Assembly: GCA_040830765.1 (NCBI GenBank)
Contig: JBFOMH010000017.1
Span: forward strand, 32,001 to 96,000
Reading direction: 5' to 3'
DNA length: 64,000 nucleotides
Origin: Puniceicoccaceae bacterium
GTDB taxonomy: Bacteria; Verrucomicrobiota; Verrucomicrobiia; Opitutales; Oceanipulchritudinaceae
Shown here: positions 27,009-34,801 of the stretch, in pieces
How positions within the stretch are numbered: the first letter of the stretch is position 1
How the letters are laid out: the number at the start of each line of letters is the position of its first letter
The notes under the pieces: model-generated
Database searches by the model: none
Seen by the model: only the letters and a program-made list of their open reading frames with translations
What the model was told of the DNA's origin: nothing
Made by a program: the position numbers and the translations under genes

Positions 27009-27443
27009 ATGCCTGTACTGACCGTATTGATCCGTGGAATACATCCGAACAAGGGCTGGAGAGGCACTCCCCGGAATGTTTTTGCTGATCCTTTAATTCA
27101 GATTGGCCTACAGGATTTGGACTATGAGCTGGTTGTCGTGTCAGGCGACCCCGGATCGCAGGATGCACTCATTGAAATGGGGCTTCAGAGTGTGGACTAC
27201 ATGGCGGCAGTGATTGATGCCGGAAGCCCAATCCCGGATGAGGCAGTTGTTGAGATGGGACTTCAAAGCGTGGACTATATGGCAGCAGTGATAGATGCCG
27301 GAAGCCCAATCCCGGATGAAGCAGTGCTTAATATCGGTATCCAGAGCGTCGATTACTTTGATGCAATTCCCTTCAGCTCAACCTTTATCGACGAATCGAA
27401 AGTGGAGATGGGACTCCATTCAGTTGACTACTCAATCCCGTAA
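27009..27443 (+). CDS. 25-26-aa repeat protein
   Basis: Five xG(L/I)(Q/H)xxDY units; near-identical 78-nt DNA repeats start at 27174 and 27252. Confidence 0.7.
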   Translation: MPVLTVLIRGIHPNKGWRGTPRNVFADPLIQIGLQDLDYELVVVSGDPGSQDALIEMGLQSVDYMAAVIDAGSPIPDEAVVEMGLQSVDYMAAVIDAGSPIPDEAVLNIGIQSVDYFDAIPFSSTFIDESKVEMGLHSVDYSIP

Positions 27444-27448
27444 AAGAC

Positions 27449-28669
27449 ATGAAAAACCGCAAAATCACAGGAAATATTGGCTTTGGGGCCAAGGTACTTT
27501 TTAAGACCCAGATCTTGAACAAGGATGGATCGATCGCCAAGGAGCGGGATTGGGACCACAACCTTGTCCTGGATATTGGTCTGGACATGATGTGCCGTGA
27601 CAAGTTCGCCTCCCTCAACGAGGTGTGTGAAATCGGTACCAGCACTACTCCAACCGAGCGTGACAGCGGTTCGATCACCTTCACCCAGACTGGGGACACG
27701 ATCACAGCCAGTGGAGCTTTCTTTGAATCCGGTGACGTGGGACGCCTGTTCAAATATGACACAGGTGAAGAATATTATATCACCGCATTCACGGATGATC
27801 AGAATGTAACAGTTGATACCAGCGCTGCCCATTCCGCAACCGAGGCCACGATCTACTACGTGAACCAGACGGGGCTCATATCTCCCACGAAGGTTACAGA
27901 AAACAAGGTAACCGGAGGAGGTAACTGCGGCACAACATATTCCAATGGAGTTTTGGAACACAAAAGAACGTTCCTTTTCCCGGCTGAGACTGCGGAAGTC
28001 ACCTACAACGAAATTGGATGGGGACCAAAGTACGACTATAACAATACAAATGGTGGTACTTCAACAACCCGCAATGGATTGGGCAATTTACGGTTTGGCC
28101 GGGCTATTATTGCCGGAGGTGACACCCTGCAGGCCGACCAGCAGTACAAGGTTGCAGTCCGTGTTCAGGTTGCCTTCAGCCCGGTGACCCAAACCCCCGT
28201 TGCAAACGTCGGGAACAATGGATTCGACACAACTGGCGATCACATCATCGCACAACTTGTTACAGCCATTGGCCAAGGTGGCGCCAATTCCTATGTTGAT
28301 TCAAATGGATATACCCAGGGTGACGCCCGCATGGAGCCTATGTATACGCCAACCTTGGCGATGATGGCCAATACCGCTGTGTTGCCGACCGAGCCGGCTT
28401 CCGGAAATGTGAATTACCCGGACTTAAATTACTACACCATGACCAGGGGAAATTACACCGAGGGTAATCACTACCGTGAACACACCAAGGTGTACGCTCC
28501 AAATGAAGGGAATTCATCAGCCATTCGTGGATTCATGCTCGGTCAAAATTATGCCAGTGATTTCTATGGCCACTATCTGCTCAAATTCGATGCTGACCAA
28601 GAGAAGCTGGATACACACCGGCTCACAGCCACCTTCCGCTGGACGGTCAGCAGACAGCTAGTGAACTGA
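27449..28669 (+). CDS. Putative tail fibre/structural protein
   Basis: NLVLDIGLD..IGTSTTP..YNEIG; T/G/N-rich. Confidence 0.65.
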   Translation: MKNRKITGNIGFGAKVLFKTQILNKDGSIAKERDWDHNLVLDIGLDMMCRDKFASLNEVCEIGTSTTPTERDSGSITFTQTGDTITASGAFFESGDVGRLFKYDTGEEYYITAFTDDQNVTVDTSAAHSATEATIYYVNQTGLISPTKVTENKVTGGGNCGTTYSNGVLEHKRTFLFPAETAEVTYNEIGWGPKYDYNNTNGGTSTTRNGLGNLRFGRAIIAGGDTLQADQQYKVAVRVQVAFSPVTQTPVANVGNNGFDTTGDHIIAQLVTAIGQGGANSYVDSNGYTQGDARMEPMYTPTLAMMANTAVLPTEPASGNVNYPDLNYYTMTRGNYTEGNHYREHTKVYAPNEGNSSAIRGFMLGQNYASDFYGHYLLKFDADQEKLDTHRLTATFRWTVSRQLVN

Positions 28670-28715
28670 TAACAGGGTGGTGCCCATTAGTTGGGTTGCA
28701 TTTGCTTGATTCCAA

Positions 28716-28961
28716 ATGAAGAGGTTTCAGGACATTGAAGTCGGTCGCTGGTTCCTGAAAGAGGGTCGGGTCTGCCAGCGTCTGGAACCGCTAAACGGAT
28801 CAAATACCTACAATTTCACTCGTTCGAAGTGGGACTACACCCACCCCAAAACCCCGGTTGAGCCAACCTTCTCCCCTATTCACCCAAAGGACTTTGGACC
28901 GGGACGAAAGGCCGTGGAAACAATCCACCTGTTTGGTGATGGTCTCTGGGCGAAGGGCTGA
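28716..28961 (+). CDS. Small hypothetical protein
   Basis: 81-aa ORF filling the gap before the chaperone gene. Confidence 0.5.
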   Translation: MKRFQDIEVGRWFLKEGRVCQRLEPLNGSNTYNFTRSKWDYTHPKTPVEPTFSPIHPKDFGPGRKAVETIHLFGDGLWAKG

Positions 28962-28969
28962 ACTAACGG

Positions 28970-28975
28970 TTGACA
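28970..28975 (+). promoter_or_regulatory. TTGACA-N16-ATG motif variant
   Basis: 16 nt before ATG 28992. Confidence 0.55.
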
Positions 28976-28991
28976 CACCCTCATCCGTATC

Positions 28992-29345
28992 ATGGCGGAT
29001 GAAAATCAAGGCAATGTGATCGCCAAGGGCGGTCAGGAACTCGAAGTGCAACTGGAAACCGGTCACTGCGAGACGGTGAAGGTACGACTGCTCCCATTAG
29101 GGAAAATGCCGGATTTCTTCCGGGGCCTGGATGACGACATCTTCTTGATCCAGTTGGTCACTGGAAAAACCAAAACCTTCGCAGAATCGCTCAACTTTGA
29201 GAGCGGGATGGAAATCGTGGAAAAGGCGCACGAGGTAAATTTCCCCAATGCCCTCCGGTGGTCGGAAAGGAGGGCAAAGCGGCTCGCTCCACTGATTCCC
29301 ATGGCCGAGAAGGGAATGAAGATCCAGCGACAATTGATGACCTGA
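28992..29345 (+). CDS. Tail assembly chaperone (gpG-like)
   Basis: Position before the tape measure, with an overlapping -1 frame ORF. Confidence 0.65.
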   Translation: MADENQGNVIAKGGQELEVQLETGHCETVKVRLLPLGKMPDFFRGLDDDIFLIQLVTGKTKTFAESLNFESGMEIVEKAHEVNFPNALRWSERRAKRLAPLIPMAEKGMKIQRQLMT

Positions 29346-29566
29346 TCATCCAGGGTGCGGTACTTCTTGGAAGGTTTCCCAGGGAAGTGGCAAGGCACCT
29401 GTCCTTGCGCGAGCTGATAGCCCTTTCAGAAGCCCACGGGAAAGAGGAGGCACAGAGGATCCGGTTTTTGATGAAGATGATCTACCACTCCGCCATCAGC
29501 CCCCACTCGAAGGAGGCACGCAACTGGGTGAAGGAGACTGATAAACGAATCGAGAAAGCAATTTAG
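29201..29566 (+). CDS. gpT-like frameshift extension of the tail chaperone
   Basis: The -1 frame is open from 29201 to 29566; GRFPREVARHLSLRELIAL resembles T domains; no convincing start of its own. Confidence 0.55.
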   Translation, partial: ERDGNRGKGARGKFPQCPPVVGKEGKAARSTDSHGREGNEDPATIDDLIIQGAVLLGRFPREVARHLSLRELIALSEAHGKEEAQRIRFLMKMIYHSAISPHSKEARNWVKETDKRIEKAI

Positions 29567-32119
29567 ATGGCAACGGCTAAGGTCACACTCCTAATCGATC
29601 TGAAAAGCCGCCTGAACGCGCTTAACCGCACGATTGGGCGGTTTCGTGCGTTGGGGACCACTATCCAATCGGCCTTCCTTCCATTGGCAGGTGTGGCAGG
29701 TGTTGCAGCAGGAGTGCGCGGCTCCGTTTCCGCGATCCATGGATTTGAGACATCGATGCTCCGTGTGCAGGCCTTAACCGGTGCCACGGACGAGACATTT
29801 TCACGATTGACTGCCCAGGCCGCCCATCTTGGAGAAACGACACAGTTCTCAGCCAGCCAGGCTGCGGATGCCATGGGATTTCTCGGTATGGCAGGCATGA
29901 ACACCGGGCAGATTGTGGGGGCGATGCCTGATACCCTGAACCTGGCCGCAGCTGCACAGATTGGGTTGGGAGAGGCCGCGGACATTACAACCAACATTCT
30001 TTCCGGCTACGGCATGCAGGTGGATGACCTGGGACGGGTGAATGACATCCTGGTCAACACAATCACCACGACCAACACAAACATGCTTGAACTGGGGGAG
30101 GCCATGAAGTCGGTGGGACCGGTTGCATCCCAGTTGAAGATCCCCATCGAGGAAACAGCCGCGGGAATCGGAATTCTGGCCAATGCGGGCTTCAAGGGTG
30201 AAATGGGGGGCACTGCTTTGCGTAATTCCCTTGTCCGGTTGCTCAATCCAAGTGGCGAGGCGGCAAAGACAATTGAGTCACTGGGCATGAACCTGCGAGA
30301 CAACCAGGGAAATCTCAAGGGCTTCACTGAAATCCTTTCTGAGCTGGAACGAACAGGCGCATCGACCGAGCAAATCATGCAGATCTTTGGTGTGCGTGCC
30401 GGTCCCGCAATGCTCGCCCTATTGAAACAGGGATCAGGGGCATTGGTGGAGCAAACCAACCGCTTACTTGAACAGGGATCAGCCAGCCGTATCGCGAATT
30501 TGCAAATGAGCGGCCTTGATGGGGCATGGAAGCGCTTAAAGAGCGCAACCGAGGGTCTTGCCCTTCGATTCGGGGAACAGGGCTTCAAGGGCGTGCTGAC
30601 AGGTGTAGTGAATACGCTGACACAGATTGTGCAGGTAATCTCCTACGTAGTCGGTGCCGGAGCAGATTTGCATATTCTTTCCCTTGCCCTTGAAGCGGCG
30701 ATTGAAGAGGGAGTGGCTAAGGCGCGCAGCATCCTGCTTAACCTCTTCAGCGGTTCCGGTGGTGTGTTTGAAACGATCTTTGCCCTGACAGCCCGTGCGG
30801 GGGTGAACATTGCCCAGGTGATGCTTGATGCCTTCACGACCCCGATAGCGGGGATCAGCGCGGCATGGCGGTATCTCTTCCAGGGATTGCGGATCATGTA
30901 TGCCGATGTGATGGGCGTCATCGTCGAAGGTGCTGAAACCGCCATCAACAAGGTCATTGCCGGAGTGAACAAGATTTTGCCCAAGGCAAAGGAGTTTGAG
31001 CAAGTCCAGTTTGATTTCGGGATCGATACCCAGACAAAAAAGTTCTCGGAGCTCTACGCTGAGCAGAAGTCCGGGATGCAGGAACTGACCACCCTTGCCA
31101 AGGACTATCTGGACAATGGCTTGAACGAGGGTCTGACCATCCTTGGCCTCCAGCAGGGGGTGATCGAAAACCAGCAAAGTGCATGGGAACAGATCCAGGC
31201 ACTGATTGCCCAATCCAATCAGGATGCTGCTGAATTCATTTCGGGAACAGGGGATACCGGAGGATTGCTGCCATCCGCCGATCTAGGAGGCTCAGGCGAT
31301 GAATTTGCGCAAGACGATTCCGCGATGGGTCCTGAAGATCTCACTACACTGGGTGATGTAGTCACACAGGTTGAAGGAAACATCACTGGTGGCCTAAGTA
31401 ATGCCATTACCGGGGTAATTACCAAGACCACCACATGGGCACAGAGTCTACAACAGATCGGTACTAGTGTGGTTGGATCCATTGTTGGCGGATTTGTGGA
31501 AATGGGCATGGTCTGGGTGAAGCAACTAGCCATGATGGGCGCAAAATGGGTCGCCATGAAGTTGGGGATGTTTGCCCTTGGCCAGAAGTTGAAGGTTGCT
31601 GACAGCGCAACCACGGCCACCAAGGGCGCTACGGATGCCGCCGCCATGGCTCCTGCTGCGACGGCAGCTTCCATTTCATCATTCGGTGCCGCCGCCATCA
31701 TCGGTCTGGCACTGGTTATGGCAGCACTCCTTGCCTTCGCCGGTGGTTTCGCCGGTGGTGGTTACACTGGCCACGGAGGCAAGTACCAGCCAGCGGGTGT
31801 CGTCCACAGGGGCGAGTTTGTATTTCCCGCGGATGTCGTATCAAAACATGGTCCGGGCTACTTCTATGCCATGATGCAATCGCTTCGCTTTGAGGAGCGT
31901 ACAGCCGGTATACAGGGCTATGCCTCTGGGGGTCTGGTTGACCTGAAAAGCGATGTGATGACAGGGCAATCAAATACACCAGCTCCCACAGCAAACAACC
32001 GCTTCAATATCGGGCTCTTCAACGATCCATCAGCACTTAACCGCTGGGCCCAGTCCCTTGAGGGAGAAACGGTCATCCTGGATGTATTAAAACGCAACCG
32101 TCACGAATTCCAGGCATGA
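29567..32119 (+). CDS. Tail tape measure protein (TP901 family)
   Basis: FETSMLRVQALTGAT..TTQFSASQAADAM..GTALRN; FAGGGYTG..G.VHRGEFV. Confidence 0.93.
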   Translation: MATAKVTLLIDLKSRLNALNRTIGRFRALGTTIQSAFLPLAGVAGVAAGVRGSVSAIHGFETSMLRVQALTGATDETFSRLTAQAAHLGETTQFSASQAADAMGFLGMAGMNTGQIVGAMPDTLNLAAAAQIGLGEAADITTNILSGYGMQVDDLGRVNDILVNTITTTNTNMLELGEAMKSVGPVASQLKIPIEETAAGIGILANAGFKGEMGGTALRNSLVRLLNPSGEAAKTIESLGMNLRDNQGNLKGFTEILSELERTGASTEQIMQIFGVRAGPAMLALLKQGSGALVEQTNRLLEQGSASRIANLQMSGLDGAWKRLKSATEGLALRFGEQGFKGVLTGVVNTLTQIVQVISYVVGAGADLHILSLALEAAIEEGVAKARSILLNLFSGSGGVFETIFALTARAGVNIAQVMLDAFTTPIAGISAAWRYLFQGLRIMYADVMGVIVEGAETAINKVIAGVNKILPKAKEFEQVQFDFGIDTQTKKFSELYAEQKSGMQELTTLAKDYLDNGLNEGLTILGLQQGVIENQQSAWEQIQALIAQSNQDAAEFISGTGDTGGLLPSADLGGSGDEFAQDDSAMGPEDLTTLGDVVTQVEGNITGGLSNAITGVITKTTTWAQSLQQIGTSVVGSIVGGFVEMGMVWVKQLAMMGAKWVAMKLGMFALGQKLKVADSATTATKGATDAAAMAPAATAASISSFGAAAIIGLALVMAALLAFAGGFAGGGYTGHGGKYQPAGVVHRGEFVFPADVVSKHGPGYFYAMMQSLRFEERTAGIQGYASGGLVDLKSDVMTGQSNTPAPTANNRFNIGLFNDPSALNRWAQSLEGETVILDVLKRNRHEFQA

Positions 32120-34170
32120 TTTCCTCCACTGACACAATCCTGAATGAATCCTGCTGGATTCTTCCCTTTGAACCGGACTGGCAAAAAGGGGTCGAAACCC
32201 GCTTCACAATTCCCACCGGTTCGGAGAGGGGACTTACCGGGCGTGAGAGTCGCCAGGCCTATGCCTCGAAGCTTCGCTGTGAGATGGAATTCAGCAGTCT
32301 CCTCACACCAGCGGAAGTCGCAGACCTTCGCAACGTGATGCAGTGTAATGACTTTGCCACTACACCAGTCTGGTTTCCCTTCTGGCCGGGACAGTGGCGA
32401 TTTGAACCGGGCTATGGGAACCGCTTTTCTTCCGCACAGGCGGTAGTAAGGATCAGCAATACAGATGCTTCCCTGCAAACGGATCCTGAAAACCTGGTCG
32501 GGCCATATCCGGCTTACACATGGATTGTCCCGGCTTTAAGGGGATTCTTTGTGGAGCCCCCCTCCATCAATGCCATTGGCAGCAACCTGTACCAGGTAAA
32601 ATTCCGGCTTCGCGAGGATGGTCCACCCGAACTGGCCCTGCAGGTCAATGCATCCGCCTTTACGGCTGGTCCTCAAATATCCGGCAGGGATTACAACATC
32701 TTCCCCTTTAACCCGAATTGGACTGGCAGGATTCAAACCGGTTCTGCTGTTATCGAAACAGATGGCAAGGAGATCGGCTTCAACCGGGAACAGGCTTTAG
32801 CTGTCTATCCCCAGTTACCGGAACGCCCCCTTCGGTTTGACCTGTCACTGCACTCCAACCAGGAGGGCGCGGACTTGATTGGTTTTTACTCCAACATGGA
32901 GGGCAATTCCGGACCATTCTGGTGCCCAACCTGGGTTTCCGAAGCCCCGTTGGTCAGCGATGCCCCAAGTGGAGCCTCCTCGCTAGTAGTATCCAATGGT
33001 CTCGGGATTGGGGACAACGGATACATCGCTGTGGTGGACCAGTTGGGGGAGACTGAGGTGAAGGCGGTTTCCTCGAAGACGGATGAAGCAATAATGCTGG
33101 ATGGATCTTTGGATGGAGTCCATTCACGGGATACCAGCTATCTCACAACGGCAGCACTGGCACGGTTCAACCGGTCCGGCCTTACCCTGAACTGGAATTC
33201 CCCGGAAGAAATAAAAGCTTCTGTCCAGGTTAGGGAAGTCGCCTATGACTACTATTCCCCGACTGGAGAAGTACATGGGGAATCGATTGGGGCACTGGAT
33301 AAGATCTGTTTCCTGTACCGGTTCTCGATTTGCTATCCATCCACTACCAAGGCATGGCATTTTACCTCTTTCGAGGAAGAGCTGTCCTTTGATGACGAGA
33401 CCTGGAGCCCCAAGCCGGTTGAACACGGGGATATCCGTGAGACCCTGAATCTGGAGCGCAATGAGGTACGCCTGCAAACACGGGCATTCACCGACAATCC
33501 CCTGCTTAAATTCATTCCCTTCCGGCTGGAATTCCCACTGAAGCTGGAAATCTTTGAAGCGCAGCTTTTGCCAAACAGCGTTACGCCAACTGGGCAAAGG
33601 CGGATCTTCTCAGGAGAAGTCACCCGTGTATCCTTCGATGGCCCTTTTATCACCGCAAGGGCGGTCACAGTGGGTAACATGTTTGAACGCAAGATTCCGC
33701 GGGTACTTCTGCAGCCAACCTGCAATTATGCGCTCTTCGATGGTGCCTGCGGGCTGAACAAGAACAGCTGGAAGTACAGTGGATTAGTTACTGCCGTTCT
33801 CGAAAACCCAACCCGCCTCCAATTGAGAACCCTGACACGGGTAAGCGGAACCTGGGTGCAACCGGATTCGCACTGGTTCGCCGGAGGCTGGGTTGAACTG
33901 GGATCAGGAGAAGAGTTCGAGAGCCGCTTCATTGCGGACGCGGATTCATACAACCCCACAGGTGAGGGATACATTGAAATAACCCTGTCCACGCCGCTTA
34001 ACCGCACACCTGCAATTGATGAGGAAATATTCCTCTTTCCCGGTTGTGATGGGAAGAAGGGAACCTGCTTAAGCAAGTTCAGTAACTACAACACATTCGG
34101 AGGCTTTCCCCATATGCCGGTGGGCAATCCATCCATGGTCAAGATGCCGGCCAATCGGAATATGAAATGA
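32116..34170 (+). CDS. Distal-tail plus hub fusion (DUF2460-like + DUF2163/BR0599)
   Basis: N-terminal TIPTGSERGLTGRESR; C-terminal QPTCNYALFDGACGL..FAGG..PGCDG....C..KFSN...FGGFP. Confidence 0.8.
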   Translation: MISSTDTILNESCWILPFEPDWQKGVETRFTIPTGSERGLTGRESRQAYASKLRCEMEFSSLLTPAEVADLRNVMQCNDFATTPVWFPFWPGQWRFEPGYGNRFSSAQAVVRISNTDASLQTDPENLVGPYPAYTWIVPALRGFFVEPPSINAIGSNLYQVKFRLREDGPPELALQVNASAFTAGPQISGRDYNIFPFNPNWTGRIQTGSAVIETDGKEIGFNREQALAVYPQLPERPLRFDLSLHSNQEGADLIGFYSNMEGNSGPFWCPTWVSEAPLVSDAPSGASSLVVSNGLGIGDNGYIAVVDQLGETEVKAVSSKTDEAIMLDGSLDGVHSRDTSYLTTAALARFNRSGLTLNWNSPEEIKASVQVREVAYDYYSPTGEVHGESIGALDKICFLYRFSICYPSTTKAWHFTSFEEELSFDDETWSPKPVEHGDIRETLNLERNEVRLQTRAFTDNPLLKFIPFRLEFPLKLEIFEAQLLPNSVTPTGQRRIFSGEVTRVSFDGPFITARAVTVGNMFERKIPRVLLQPTCNYALFDGACGLNKNSWKYSGLVTAVLENPTRLQLRTLTRVSGTWVQPDSHWFAGGWVELGSGEEFESRFIADADSYNPTGEGYIEITLSTPLNRTPAIDEEIFLFPGCDGKKGTCLSKFSNYNTFGGFPHMPVGNPSMVKMPANRNMK

Positions 34171-34613
34171 AAACCTGGTTTCACAGTGAGGAGCGTATTG
34201 ATGCTTTGGAGAAGGAGGCTAATTCATGGTTGGGTACTCCCTTCCGGGCAAATGCCGCATTCAAGGGCTCTGGAGTTTGCTGCCACCTGTTTGTGGCGGA
34301 AGTGTTCATGAAGATCGGGGCGATAAAGCGTCAGGATTTTCCGCAAGCTGATCCCAACCATTCCATCAGCCAGTCGGAAAGCCTGATAGAACCCTTCATG
34401 GCAGCAATGCCGGGCTTTGTAGAAGTCGAGGGACCACCGATGCCGGGAGATGTACTGGGCTTCAAAATAGGAGGGTGTACTCATCATATTTCTATCGTCC
34501 TTCCACACGAGGAAATGATCCATGCGGTACGCCGTCACGGGGTAATGATCAACCGCTGGGATGATCCAATGTGGGAGCGCCGGTTGACGCGTATCTGGAG
34601 GTTACAGGCATGA
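34167..34613 (+). CDS. NlpC/P60 tail peptidase
   Basis: SWLGTPF..GVCC..PGDVLGF..HH..MIHA. Confidence 0.85.
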   Translation: MKTWFHSEERIDALEKEANSWLGTPFRANAAFKGSGVCCHLFVAEVFMKIGAIKRQDFPQADPNHSISQSESLIEPFMAAMPGFVEVEGPPMPGDVLGFKIGGCTHHISIVLPHEEMIHAVRRHGVMINRWDDPMWERRLTRIWRLQA

Positions 34614-34801
34614 GCTTTGGAAACCGAAATAGCATCCCGGATCCCGAACCCGAAATCGGAGGCATCGAGGAGGAAACCCTTTCCAACTCCCAGGAATCGG
34701 TCCCGCTTCCCCTGCATACCGGTACACGCAAGCTCGCCATTCGCTGGATCACCCCCATCTACAACCAAAAAGCAATCCAGAAGGAGGAGAAAGCCAAATG
34801 A
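34610..34801 (+). CDS. Separate N-terminal segment of the tail-tip protein
   Basis: SVPLPLHTGTRKLAIRWI matches the P-x-P-xx-G-xx-R leader of tip proteins; ATGA overlaps on both sides. Confidence 0.6.
   Translation: MSFGNRNSIPDPEPEIGGIEEETLSNSQESVPLPLHTGTRKLAIRWITPIYNQKAIQKEEKAK

Noticed and set aside
26280..27410. Tandem repeats as a CRISPR array or DGR template/variable pair
   Set aside because: Periods are multiples of 3 within ORFs, changes are not adenine-specific, and no cas or reverse transcriptase gene is in the window.
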